Shown here piece by piece: positions 26,519-36,507 of a DNA stretch of 64,000 nucleotides. The position numbers and the translations under genes are program-made. The notes below the pieces were generated by a model that saw nothing but the letters and a program-made list of their open reading frames with translations, ran no database searches and was not told the origin of the DNA. Origin of the DNA: a virus; the IMG/VR virus record IMGVR_UViG_3300027816_000057. The stretch is one strand, 5' to 3'. Every line of letters starts with the position of its first letter. The stretch's first letter is position 1.

Positions 26519-28031
26519 CGATTCAAAAACATGGGAATTGATAGCAAGCGGAAAGACTAATGGAGTTTTTCAATGTGAAAGTTTGCTAGTTCAAAATTGG
26601 TTATCTAAAATTCAACCCAAAAATATTTGGGAGTTATCAATTGTTATCGCTGGTGTACGACCAGCTAGTTTACAATCTGGTGCTATGGATAGGTACTTAA
26701 AGTACAAAAATGATCCATCATCGATTAAAAAAACCGGAAACGAAACAATTGATTCAATTTTAAAAAGCACTAATTTTAATATCTTTTTTCAAGAACAATT
26801 AATCTTATTAGCACAAAGATTAGCGTGGAAGCATTTACCTGAATTAGAAAGACTGGCTAAGTCTGACGATTTAAGAAAAGCGGTAGGTAAAAAAGATAGT
26901 GCTAAAATTTTAGCAATTGGTAAAGAATTTACCGATGGATGTATAGCGAATGGAGTTAATCAAGAATTAGCAGATAAATTATTCAATGTACTAAAAAATG
27001 CCGGTAGATACGCATTTAATTTGTCTCACTCTATAAGCTATGCTTTTGTTGCTTATTACACCGCTTATTTAAAAACTCACTATCCAAAACAGTTTTTTGC
27101 TACCTATCTTAGTTATAGCAAAGAAAAAATAAAACCATTTTATGAATTAAATAAAATGGCACAAGACGCTAAACGTTTTGGTATTAAAATACTTCCGCCT
27201 AATATCAATAAGAAAAATCTTGAATTTAGTATAGAAAACGATAATATCAGATACGGTCTGTCTCATATAAAATTTATAGATAATAAATTCAGAGATAATA
27301 TCAAAAATTTAAAAGAGATTAAGTCTATTGCGGATTTTCTAAATTTTATCATCAAAGGATATTTTGTCGATAATGAATACATCAAACCTAACTGTAGATG
27401 TGTTCAATCTTTAATAATTACTGGATGTTTTAGTGATATTGGATGTTCACGCAACGATCTTCTTAATATCGCTAATCTTATCGACAGTTTAACTAAAAAA
27501 GAGCAAGAGGGCGTAATTACAATATTAGATGAATGTAAAGATATTAATAGTGTTCCCTCTATTATAAGTAAAGTAGCACAGCATGTTTCTGTTAAAAAAC
27601 GTAGACCTATTATAGATAGCGAGTCTAAATTTTTAGAAAAATCTTTAAATAAAGATGATACTGAGTATTTTATAGAAAAATCAGAAAAAGAATACTGTGG
27701 CACTATTATTACTGGAAATTTACTTGGAGACAAAGAGAAGTTTTCTACAAGAAAATGCCTAGAATTAAATGATTACTCGGGAGATGATAATCAGTTCTTA
27801 ATTTGCGTAATAGATAAAGTGGAAATCAAGGTTATTAAAAGCGGTGCTAATAAAGGCAAAAAAATGTGTACTTTATCAGTACATGATTCTACCGGAACTT
27901 TAGATAATATATGTATATTTTCAGATATATTTGCTAATAGCAGTGATATAATAAGAGAAGACTCGATTATCCAGCTTACTCTAAATAATAAAAACGGAAG
28001 ATGGATTACCCGAGGTATATGCACAATATGA
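26487..28031 (+). CDS. dnaE: DNA polymerase III alpha, C-terminal half (fingers, HhH, OB)
   Basis: PINDSKTWELI..GKTNGVFQCES, RPASLQSG, FFQEQL, DDLRKAVGKK, YAFNLSHS..YA, AYLKTHYP, PPNINK, IRYGLSHIK, OB-fold end. Confidence 0.92.
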   Translation: MLTSIENLPINDSKTWELIASGKTNGVFQCESLLVQNWLSKIQPKNIWELSIVIAGVRPASLQSGAMDRYLKYKNDPSSIKKTGNETIDSILKSTNFNIFFQEQLILLAQRLAWKHLPELERLAKSDDLRKAVGKKDSAKILAIGKEFTDGCIANGVNQELADKLFNVLKNAGRYAFNLSHSISYAFVAYYTAYLKTHYPKQFFATYLSYSKEKIKPFYELNKMAQDAKRFGIKILPPNINKKNLEFSIENDNIRYGLSHIKFIDNKFRDNIKNLKEIKSIADFLNFIIKGYFVDNEYIKPNCRCVQSLIITGCFSDIGCSRNDLLNIANLIDSLTKKEQEGVITILDECKDINSVPSIISKVAQHVSVKKRRPIIDSESKFLEKSLNKDDTEYFIEKSEKEYCGTIITGNLLGDKEKFSTRKCLELNDYSGDDNQFLICVIDKVEIKVIKSGANKGKKMCTLSVHDSTGTLDNICIFSDIFANSSDIIREDSIIQLTLNNKNGRWITRGICTI

Positions 28032-28498
28032 ATTTACAACGACAAATACTTAAAGACTTTAATTTACTTCCAGAATATCAATATATTGATGACGATAACA
28101 TATCATATAAAATATTAGAACACATATATAGATTTAGTATAAAAGAAAATATTATTAATTTTTACTATAAAGACAAAAAGTTTATTATCAATTGCGATAA
28201 ATACACTATTAAATCCATCATTGAGATGCAGATAAGAAATATAAATAAATTATATAATATACCATTTGAATTTATCGTATTTAAAAATGACGACGTTATT
28301 TGTTCAAATGTTTTTGTAAACATTAAAGAATGTAATAAATCTAAGTCTATTTATAAGATGTATCATGATATGTTAAAATTTGGGATCACTGACGAATTAA
28401 TTAAAACAGTAGAAAAAGAAGGTATGTTAGACAGCTTTAATTTAATTATTAAAGCATATATAGGATATGAATTATGCGTACCGAAAAAGAAAATTTAA
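28028..28498 (+). CDS. Hypothetical protein
   Basis: ATGA overlap with dnaE-C; very AT-rich. Confidence 0.55.
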   Translation: MNLQRQILKDFNLLPEYQYIDDDNISYKILEHIYRFSIKENIINFYYKDKKFIINCDKYTIKSIIEMQIRNINKLYNIPFEFIVFKNDDVICSNVFVNIKECNKSKSIYKMYHDMLKFGITDELIKTVEKEGMLDSFNLIIKAYIGYELCVPKKKI

Positions 28499-29103
28499 TA
28501 AAAGAATACGATGATATGGCGGTAAAATTAGGACATAAATTTGCAAGAAATTTTGGACGAAGACACACTAAAGATTTTATTCAAGAAGCAAGAGTCTTAT
28601 TGATAAATGCGGTAGAAAAATATTTACTATCAAATAAAAGTAATAAAGAAAAAAGTATAAAAGGATATATCAATCACATAATAAGAAACGGATTAAGTAA
28701 AGTCGCGTTAAAATTAAACTCTGATGTATCGGTATCGGTATCTACAAGAGAATTAATTAATAGAATTAAAAATAGTTTAAAAAATGATGAAGATTTTAAT
28801 ACTATAAGTAAAAAATACAATATATCTAAAAAAAGAATATCCAAATTATTAGACTATACATTTAATTTTTATTCTTTTAATAATCTTCCAAAAGAACAAA
28901 AAGAAAAACAATTAGATTTTAAGAATAACCATAGACAGTTTGAAATATTAGACGGACTAATGGGAATCGATCGTGTTATTTTTGAAAAGATATGCGAAAA
29001 CAAAACTATAACAGATATCGTGCAAGAAACTGGAATCAATCATAGTTTAGTAAAAGAACGCTTAATAAATATTAACAATAGAATACAGCAAGAAATTTTA
29101 TGA
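28474..29103 (+). CDS. RNA polymerase sigma-70-family factor
   Basis: ENLIKEY..MAVKL, DFIQEA.V.LINAVEKY, YINHIIRN (region 2); C-terminal HTH TITDIVQETGIN. Confidence 0.75.
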   Translation: MRTEKENLIKEYDDMAVKLGHKFARNFGRRHTKDFIQEARVLLINAVEKYLLSNKSNKEKSIKGYINHIIRNGLSKVALKLNSDVSVSVSTRELINRIKNSLKNDEDFNTISKKYNISKKRISKLLDYTFNFYSFNNLPKEQKEKQLDFKNNHRQFEILDGLMGIDRVIFEKICENKTITDIVQETGINHSLVKERLININNRIQQEIL

Positions 29104-30767
29104 GAAAATTAAGAGTATTATTTGATTGCGAATTTTCACAGCTAAATACGGGTTTTTCTAATATCTCAAATGAAATACTAAAGAGATTAGAAAAAACAGG
29201 AAAATACGAACTGGCAGAACTAGCCAGCTATTGTAGTCCGTCTGATCCTAGAATTAATGATGTAGACTGGAAAGTTTATCCAGTTATGCCTCATCCGCAA
29301 GATAATGAATATCAAAATCAATACAACTCCACTAGAGACGCCCAATTCGGATCATTAAAATTAACTGAGGTAATGCTAGATTTTAAACCTGATATTGTAT
29401 GGGGATGCCGCGATCCTTGGATGACACAGCATCATTTTAGCAATCCTTATCGTCAATATTATAAATTATGGTGGATGGCCTGCGTTGACAGCGAGCCGCA
29501 GCAGAAGATTTGGGTCGATTGGTTTAAAAAATGCGATTACATAACAACATATACCGAATGGGCGAAATCAGTATTAGAAAATGATAACGTTAACGTCTTT
29601 TCAGTAACACCTCCCGGAACAGATACTAAAATTTTTAAACCCGCAGACAATAAAAAAGAGCTAAGAGAAAAACTAGGATTAAATCCGGATTGGTTTATAA
29701 TTCAAACTGTAATGAGAAATCAGGGTAGAAAATTATATCCCGATTTATTTAAAGCTTTTGCTAAATTCTTAGAAATATGTAAAGAACAGGGAAATGAAAA
29801 ACTTGCTCAAAAAACATTTTTACATATACATACATCTTTTGTTGACGTTGGTTTTGATTTGAAGCACGAAATCCAAAAACATAGTCTTGGACATAAAGTA
29901 TTAATAACATATCTTGATCATAAAACAAAAAATTACGAAATATCCTTTTATAAAGGAATTAACGCTTTTACTAATATAACTAGAGAAAGAACAGCTCAAA
30001 CAACAAACACAGCCGTTGGAGTTACTAGAGAACAAATGGCTGAAATTATGTCTGTCGCCGATTTATATGTACAATACAGTGTAGCTGGTGCTGCTGAAAT
30101 GCCTATTATGGACGCTAAAGCTTGCGGTGTTCCTATAATGGCTACTGCATATGCGGGTATGGCTGAACAAACTATTAACGGTGGCGGAATACCATTAAAA
30201 GTACTGTATTATGTACAAGAATCTAGCATACAAGAAACCGGTCAGTTAAGAGCAAGACCTGATCATGAATACGCCGCTAAAAAACTATATGAATTTTTCA
30301 ACGCAAAACCTGACTATAGAGAAAAACTATCAAAAGAAGCTAGAGAATGTTCATTAAGATACGATTGGGATGAAATAGCTAAAAAATTTGAAAATCTACT
30401 TGATCAAGTAACAATCCCTTCAGATGATTCAAATATCTGGACATCTAAACCATTTATTCATACATCATTAACCGAAATACCTTATATAGAAAGCAATAAA
30501 GTATTTATAGATTGGTGCTACTCTAACATAGTTGGAAGACCTTGGTTTAATACTTTAGAACTATCTAACAAGATTCTAACTTGTTTAGAAAGCGGATTTG
30601 AAACAGTTATTGAAAACGGACAGCAAAAAAATATTCCTTTTGGTCGTAAGGAATTAGCTGAAAAATTATTAAAATATTGCCACTTTTTAAATCAGCAAGA
30701 AGAAATACGTTATAATTTATTAGTGAATAACCAAACTAATAAAAACATTGGATACATTAAACTATGA
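29100..30767 (+). CDS. GT-B (GT4-like) glycosyltransferase
   Basis: TGFS, DIVWGCRDPW, PGTDTKIFKP, MRNQGRKLYP, ADLYVQ...EMPIMDAKACGVP, YDWD. Confidence 0.85.
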   Translation: MRKLRVLFDCEFSQLNTGFSNISNEILKRLEKTGKYELAELASYCSPSDPRINDVDWKVYPVMPHPQDNEYQNQYNSTRDAQFGSLKLTEVMLDFKPDIVWGCRDPWMTQHHFSNPYRQYYKLWWMACVDSEPQQKIWVDWFKKCDYITTYTEWAKSVLENDNVNVFSVTPPGTDTKIFKPADNKKELREKLGLNPDWFIIQTVMRNQGRKLYPDLFKAFAKFLEICKEQGNEKLAQKTFLHIHTSFVDVGFDLKHEIQKHSLGHKVLITYLDHKTKNYEISFYKGINAFTNITRERTAQTTNTAVGVTREQMAEIMSVADLYVQYSVAGAAEMPIMDAKACGVPIMATAYAGMAEQTINGGGIPLKVLYYVQESSIQETGQLRARPDHEYAAKKLYEFFNAKPDYREKLSKEARECSLRYDWDEIAKKFENLLDQVTIPSDDSNIWTSKPFIHTSLTEIPYIESNKVFIDWCYSNIVGRPWFNTLELSNKILTCLESGFETVIENGQQKNIPFGRKELAEKLLKYCHFLNQQEEIRYNLLVNNQTNKNIGYIKL

Positions 30768-31888
30768 AAATAGAATATATAGGTGTTTATAGAGATGGTA
30801 CGGGATATGCTAAAGCGGCTGAAGATCATATTTTAGCAATAGATTCAGCTAATATAGAAGTCGTACCAAGAAATGTAAAATTAAATAATATCAACAGTAC
30901 ACCTCCTCAAAAAATTCTAGATTTAGAAAAAAACAATCTTAAGGACGTTACTCATATTGTACAACACTATCTTCCAAATATGTTTGTAAGAAAAGAAGGT
31001 GTTGAAAATATAGGTGTTTTTGCTTATGAAACCAATAATATTCAACCGTCAAATTGGCATTTGTATTGTAATTTAATGGATAAGATTGTTGTATTTTGCG
31101 ATCAAAATAAAAAAATGTGTTTAGAAAGTGGTGTAACTAAACCAGTATATGTTGTTCCACAAGCGGTAGATGTAGAAAAATTCAAAAAACCAAGAAAAAT
31201 ATTAGACCATTTGGATATAAAAAACAAGTTCGTTTTTTATGCTATAGGTGATTTCTCTGCTAGAAAAAACTACATCACTCTTATCAAAACATACTTAGCT
31301 AATTTTGATCGATCAGAGAATACCGTCTTATTATTAAAGACATTTATTTCTGGTCAAAATTCCAAAAATTCACTACAAGAAATTATAAATGTAATAGAAA
31401 CGATTAAAAAGAAACTTCGTAAAGGCACTACTTATCCTGAAATTATTGTGGTGCCAGAATATCTATCAGAAGACGATGTTCTAGACTTGCACTACAATAG
31501 CCATTGTTTTGTTTCCGTAGAAAAAGGAGCTGCGACTTGTCTTCCAGCGTTAGACGCTATAGGTTTTAGTAACTCGGTTATTGCACCAAATTGGGGAGGA
31601 ACAGCCGATTTTGTTCCATCTAATAATTTACTATCTGGTAATTTAGAAATGGTATTTGGTATGGACTCTTGTCCACAACAAGATTTATATACTTGTTACG
31701 AAGATTGGTTTTTAATTGATGAAAATGATTTACGAGATAAAATGAGAAAAGAATATAATTTCTGGAAAGATGGTCCTAGTTCTTACAAAAATAATATTTC
31801 TAAATGGTTTTATGATAATGGAAATTATATACAAAAATTTTCATATAAAAACATAGGTAAAATATGGAAGGAAATTTTTTCAAAATGA
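30764..31888 (+). CDS. GT-B (GT4-like) glycosyltransferase
   Basis: GTGYAKA, AYETN, PQAVD, RKNY, HCFVS..KG...LPALDA, PNWGG. Confidence 0.85.
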   Translation: MKIEYIGVYRDGTGYAKAAEDHILAIDSANIEVVPRNVKLNNINSTPPQKILDLEKNNLKDVTHIVQHYLPNMFVRKEGVENIGVFAYETNNIQPSNWHLYCNLMDKIVVFCDQNKKMCLESGVTKPVYVVPQAVDVEKFKKPRKILDHLDIKNKFVFYAIGDFSARKNYITLIKTYLANFDRSENTVLLLKTFISGQNSKNSLQEIINVIETIKKKLRKGTTYPEIIVVPEYLSEDDVLDLHYNSHCFVSVEKGAATCLPALDAIGFSNSVIAPNWGGTADFVPSNNLLSGNLEMVFGMDSCPQQDLYTCYEDWFLIDENDLRDKMRKEYNFWKDGPSSYKNNISKWFYDNGNYIQKFSYKNIGKIWKEIFSK

Positions 31889-32301
31889 ATATTAAATTTA
31901 AAATAAAAAAAATAATATTTAATTTTATTCATCGTTTTATTATGAAAGATGTATATTTTTGTGAAATGACAAAACGATATTACGCAGACTTGCTTGGTGT
32001 AAAAATAATGTTTCCTGATTGTTCTTATGAACCTAATAATAAAAAAAATTCTACATATAAATGCGGATCAATATATCTTATATTTGAAGCTTTGAATCAC
32101 AATAAAAAATTAATAGACCAAGGGCCACCTTTTAAAGAATCTTTTGGTATAATGGTAACTTTAAAACCTAGCGAAATTATAAAAGAAAGTCACGATTGGG
32201 CTAAGAAAATATACTATGATACTTTATCTGGAATAAATAGTACTCCAGAAAAAAAGTATTCTGTTATGACAGCTGATGGCCCTAGAACGATCAATTATTA
32301 A
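31885..32301 (+). CDS. Hypothetical protein
   Basis: ORF with ATGA overlap. Confidence 0.55.
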   Translation: MNIKFKIKKIIFNFIHRFIMKDVYFCEMTKRYYADLLGVKIMFPDCSYEPNNKKNSTYKCGSIYLIFEALNHNKKLIDQGPPFKESFGIMVTLKPSEIIKESHDWAKKIYYDTLSGINSTPEKKYSVMTADGPRTINY

Positions 32302-32303
32302 TT

Positions 32304-33296
32304 ATGCTTACCAAAACGCGACACTTGCTTAATCAGACCAATCGAGACTCTAACAAAATTAGAATTTTAACTTGGCCTACACACGAAGCTTATCAAACCT
32401 TACTGTCTAATATACCAAATGTGGAATGGCATATTTTCCATAACGGAGCCAAAACTTGGGATTATCATACAAAACCATTACCTAAAAACACATATTTGTA
32501 TTTTACCGATCCTCGTCAAATCAGAGGCGAGTTATGTTTTGATATGATTTTATCACAAGAGAGAGCTACCCAATTGCCTATGTCTATTAATTTAGGACAA
32601 CAGTTGGGGATACCTGTAATACATATAGATCATACCGAACCTTATCCTAATTTAAGCAAAAAAAATCTAGACAATTTAAAGTCTTTAAAAGCGGATTATC
32701 ACGTTTCTATTTCAGAACACAATAAAAATACTTGGAATTCATCTGCTCTTGTGATACCTCATGGTATAGATACCAACATATTTAAACCTATTAATGGCGT
32801 TAAAAACTATGACGGTTTAAATATATCTAACCATTTTGCAGGACGAGACGTTTTTCTTGGACATACAATATTTCAAGAAGTATCAAAAAAGCACAAAATT
32901 AATGTAGTTGGATTTAATCCTCAAACGCCAGAGTATCATCGGCCAATTTCGAATTCCGAGGATTTAAATAAAATAATGAACCAGCATTTATACTATATAA
33001 ATACTACTCAGTTAAGTCCACTACCTATGTCTCTATTAGAGGCGGCGAGTGCAGGAATGTCTATTGTAACTACAAATAAACAGGAAATCGACAAATACTT
33101 TAAAGATGGAGAAAACTGCCTTATCGCCAACACTTCGCAAGATTTTATTGATAAAATAGAACTAATCAAAAAAGATAAGATTCTAGCTACACGAATAGGT
33201 CTAAATGCTAGATTAACTATACTGTCAGAATTTTCTTTACAAAAATTTATAGAAAGATGGTCGAGTTTAATAAATAACATAGGATGTTTTAAATGA
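32304..33296 (+). CDS. GT-B (GT4-like) glycosyltransferase
   Basis: VIPHGIDTNIFKP, SPLPMSLLEAASAG, DGENCL, IGLNAR. Confidence 0.85.
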   Translation: MLTKTRHLLNQTNRDSNKIRILTWPTHEAYQTLLSNIPNVEWHIFHNGAKTWDYHTKPLPKNTYLYFTDPRQIRGELCFDMILSQERATQLPMSINLGQQLGIPVIHIDHTEPYPNLSKKNLDNLKSLKADYHVSISEHNKNTWNSSALVIPHGIDTNIFKPINGVKNYDGLNISNHFAGRDVFLGHTIFQEVSKKHKINVVGFNPQTPEYHRPISNSEDLNKIMNQHLYYINTTQLSPLPMSLLEAASAGMSIVTTNKQEIDKYFKDGENCLIANTSQDFIDKIELIKKDKILATRIGLNARLTILSEFSLQKFIERWSSLINNIGCFK

Positions 33297-33760
33297 AGTT
33301 AAATTTAGGATGCGGCGAAGATATAAGAGACGGATACATAAATGTTGATTATTTTATTAAGAATAATCCATTGGTTGTACAACAAGATTTTCGTGATTTA
33401 TCTTGGCTAGAAAGTCAACACGCTTTTGAAGAAATTTTAGCAATTGATATTATTCAATATATCAGATATACTGACATATCTAATGTTCTATCGGTTTGGA
33501 TTTCCAAGCTTGAACGAGGTGGAACAATATTTATTTCATCGTCCGATTATGATTTAATATCTAATATGATAAAATACAATCGATTACAAATTAATGAAAT
33601 TAATGATGCTATTTTTGGAAAAACAAATCAGAATCATGTCTATAATTTTGCTATTTATAATTTAAACAATATTGTTGAACTTCTAAAAAATTTGGGATGT
33701 TCTGTTCAAGAATCTGGATACAACGGAGTAAACTTCTTTGTCACAGCAAAAAGAAATTGA
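33293..33760 (+). CDS. Class I SAM-dependent methyltransferase
   Basis: KLNLGCG..IRDGYINVD, LERGG. Confidence 0.75.
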   Translation: MKLNLGCGEDIRDGYINVDYFIKNNPLVVQQDFRDLSWLESQHAFEEILAIDIIQYIRYTDISNVLSVWISKLERGGTIFISSSDYDLISNMIKYNRLQINEINDAIFGKTNQNHVYNFAIYNLNNIVELLKNLGCSVQESGYNGVNFFVTAKRN

Positions 33761-34487
33761 TGTTACAACTTTGCCGATTAAAGTAAGCGTTGTAATCACT
33801 AATTATAATCAGGGTCAATACTGTGAGTTCGCTATTAATAGTATTTTAAGTCAAACGTACAAGAATATCGATATCACTATTGTAGACGATTGCTCTACTG
33901 ACAATTCGGTAGAACAAATTACAAAATACGTCGAATCATTACAAGATAGTCAAAAAAGTAGAATCTGCCTCTTAGTTCATGATAAAAACAGAGGAACCGC
34001 TTCCGCTAGAAATACCGGAATTAAAAATAGTAACGGTGAACTGATATCTTTTCTAGATATAGATGACTTTTATTATCCAGATAAAATATCTGCGTCGGTA
34101 TTAAAAATGATAGAGACTCCCGGTGTTGGTGTTGTATATAGCGATTATAATGTATTAAATCAAAAAACAGGAATCGTATACAGAGAATTTAAAGCACCAT
34201 TTAATTTTAATAAACTTGTAAATTATTGCATGGTGTCTACAAACAGTCTTGTCAAAAGAGAAGTCTTTAATACTATAGGATTATTTGACGAGACGATTAA
34301 AGGTATGGAAGATTATAATCTTTGGTTACGAACTGCTACTAGATTTATGCTGGTTCATTTGCCGTTTGCTTTATTTTGCTATCGATCACACGGACAAAAT
34401 AAGACCGAAACAACTAATATGCAAGATTGGATGAACGAAGAAAATAAAATGAAGCAATCATTTCTTAAATCTATAGGAAGAATATGA
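33738..34487 (+). CDS. GT2 glycosyltransferase
   Basis: VSVVITNYN, VDDCSTD, ARNTG, FLDIDD, EDYNLWLR. Confidence 0.92.
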   Translation: MSQQKEIDVTTLPIKVSVVITNYNQGQYCEFAINSILSQTYKNIDITIVDDCSTDNSVEQITKYVESLQDSQKSRICLLVHDKNRGTASARNTGIKNSNGELISFLDIDDFYYPDKISASVLKMIETPGVGVVYSDYNVLNQKTGIVYREFKAPFNFNKLVNYCMVSTNSLVKREVFNTIGLFDETIKGMEDYNLWLRTATRFMLVHLPFALFCYRSHGQNKTETTNMQDWMNEENKMKQSFLKSIGRI

Positions 34488-35029
34488 GACATTCGCAACA
34501 ACCATCATTTATAGAAAAAACAAAATCTGGTGTTAAGACAGGTTTTATCAAAAAAGATATTTATACTAAAATCAATAATATAAATCTTGTTTTAGACACA
34601 TTAAGTCCTGATCAAGCCTCATATTACGCTATTTTTAATTCGAGTAAATTTTTAAATTTTCACGGATTTACAGGAATTAGTTTGTATGTGGATGAAATAA
34701 ATAATCCTGTTTTTTATCCTATGACCGCGATATTTTCCAGTAATGATTTGCAAAATATTGAAGAGCCGGTTGTAGTAACATCTTTAAAAACACTAGAGCT
34801 AGCCGTATCTTATGATGTAAAAGAAATTTACTATTATGTATACAATATACATGAATTAATTAATTCAAATAAAGAAAAAACAGAAATCTTAAAACGTCCA
34901 AATATCAAATATTTTACTCGAAATAAAGACTACTATGATGTGCTTGAAAAACATTTTCATTTAAAAGTTTCTAAAGTTTTTGTACCAGATTTTAATATGA
35001 ATCAAATGGAAAAAGCATTAAGCGAATAA
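34484..35029 (+). CDS. Hypothetical protein, possibly a single GT-B-like domain
   Basis: Alpha/beta pattern; in the glycan island. Confidence 0.35.
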   Translation: MRHSQQPSFIEKTKSGVKTGFIKKDIYTKINNINLVLDTLSPDQASYYAIFNSSKFLNFHGFTGISLYVDEINNPVFYPMTAIFSSNDLQNIEEPVVVTSLKTLELAVSYDVKEIYYYVYNIHELINSNKEKTEILKRPNIKYFTRNKDYYDVLEKHFHLKVSKVFVPDFNMNQMEKALSE

Positions 35030-35042
35030 TAAAAGGATATAA

Positions 35043-35930
35043 ATGAAACTAAAAATAAAAGAGTTACGAGATTGGGCGAATAACGCGGTTCAAAATAATT
35101 TAATAAGTCTTCAAGTAGACGCAGCTAATATGTCTAAAAAAGACTTACAGAAATTATATGAAACATATAATCCTCCAACAGCGGTAGAGCAATCAGTAGG
35201 TCAGGCATCAAATATTGTACCAACTGATAGTAATACTCAGACCTTACCTGAACCGACAGACCCAATTGTTATACCATCTATTGATTCAGAAGAATGGACC
35301 CCTTTTATTCTGTCTAGACTACGAGAAAAAGAACAATTTACTGATGAAAATGGTACCGTTTTTCCTACAAGCGATGGTTTACGAAGATTATTTGAACTAT
35401 ATATTGGCCCTATAATTAATCTAGATGTAGATGTTAAACAAACTCCAGAACCATCCAACGAAAGACGAGCAACTGTTGTAGTTAAAATTTTATATCGAAA
35501 AAATAATACATTACACTCTATATCTGACGCATCTGATTGTTACGCGGGTAATAATACCTATCCTTATTCTAACTATCCGGTTGCTACATCGGTAACGATG
35601 GCTGAGTCCCGATGCCTCCGTAAAGGGCTACGATTGACTAAGATAATTTCTGCCGACGAAGCCCGACTTCCAGATAAAGAAGTCTCGGAAGCTTTTATGG
35701 CGAGCAATGAAAAGATTACAGGCAATCAGAAAAACGCCATTAATAATTTATGCCACAAGCTAAATATAAATACAGAAAAATTCCTATTATCTGTTGAAGA
35801 ATTAAAAAGTAATACACTAGACAATATGAGTTACGAGCAGGGTTCTTTAGCGTTAAAAGAAATCATGGCTTATAATAAAGGTAAAATAATACCGGAGAAT
35901 TTATTAAATGACGACAATGCAACGAATTGA
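35043..35930 (+). CDS. Single-strand annealing protein-like (Rad52/Erf/RecT-type core) with N-terminal HeH
   Basis: GLRRL, ATVVV, PVATSVTMAESRCLRKGL; C-terminal ITGNQKNAI helical domain; next to an SSB-like gene. Confidence 0.6.
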   Translation: MKLKIKELRDWANNAVQNNLISLQVDAANMSKKDLQKLYETYNPPTAVEQSVGQASNIVPTDSNTQTLPEPTDPIVIPSIDSEEWTPFILSRLREKEQFTDENGTVFPTSDGLRRLFELYIGPIINLDVDVKQTPEPSNERRATVVVKILYRKNNTLHSISDASDCYAGNNTYPYSNYPVATSVTMAESRCLRKGLRLTKIISADEARLPDKEVSEAFMASNEKITGNQKNAINNLCHKLNINTEKFLLSVEELKSNTLDNMSYEQGSLALKEIMAYNKGKIIPENLLNDDNATN

Positions 35931-36504
35931 ATATAGTATCTATAAACCATATCAAGGCAAAGGCGGTATGGCTAAAATCTCTTTTTCTCAAAAAAATAAT
36001 TGTTTCTTTTTAGAGATGGCACCGGAAAAACCGGATGAAGAAAAAAGATTTGACTACGATAAAAAAGTCAATTTTAAATTAGAATTAAATGATCTCGGAG
36101 ATATCCTTCTTGTTTTAAATAGACAAAAGGCGGGTCTAGGAGCATTAAAAGAAGGAAAATGGGGCGGTTTATACCATAAAGGTAAAGATAGTTCATCTTT
36201 TATGAATTTTTCCGTTTTATATGAAAAAGATACCGATACACCTAGAGGTCTTGCTTTAGGTTTAGGTAGAACACAAAATAATGAAACCAACAAAGTTTCT
36301 ATCGGTGTCTCTTTTGCTGAAGCGGCGATTTTATTAGAATTTATTCGATCATATCTTCCAAATATGTTCGTTACAGAATCTGACGTAACAGCAAAACCTG
36401 ATACATCTAGTAAAGAAAAACCTAAGACGGTTAAAAAAGCCACAGAAAAAGAAGGATCGACTTCATCTGTAAAAGCTGGACAAGACGACGACATACCTTT
36501 TTAA
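35908..36504 (+). CDS. Non-canonical ssDNA-binding protein with DDDIPF tail
   Basis: Beta-rich core, disordered linker, C-terminus GQDDDIPF matching the bacterial SSB acidic tip. Confidence 0.65.
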   Translation: MTTMQRIEYSIYKPYQGKGGMAKISFSQKNNCFFLEMAPEKPDEEKRFDYDKKVNFKLELNDLGDILLVLNRQKAGLGALKEGKWGGLYHKGKDSSSFMNFSVLYEKDTDTPRGLALGLGRTQNNETNKVSIGVSFAEAAILLEFIRSYLPNMFVTESDVTAKPDTSSKEKPKTVKKATEKEGSTSSVKAGQDDDIPF

Positions 36505-36507
36505 AAA

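Noticed and set aside
24400-26600. Split intein or self-splicing intron joining the dnaE halves
   Set aside because: No intein terminal motifs at either junction, and the intervening DNA is filled by coupled ORFs with no room for a ribozyme core
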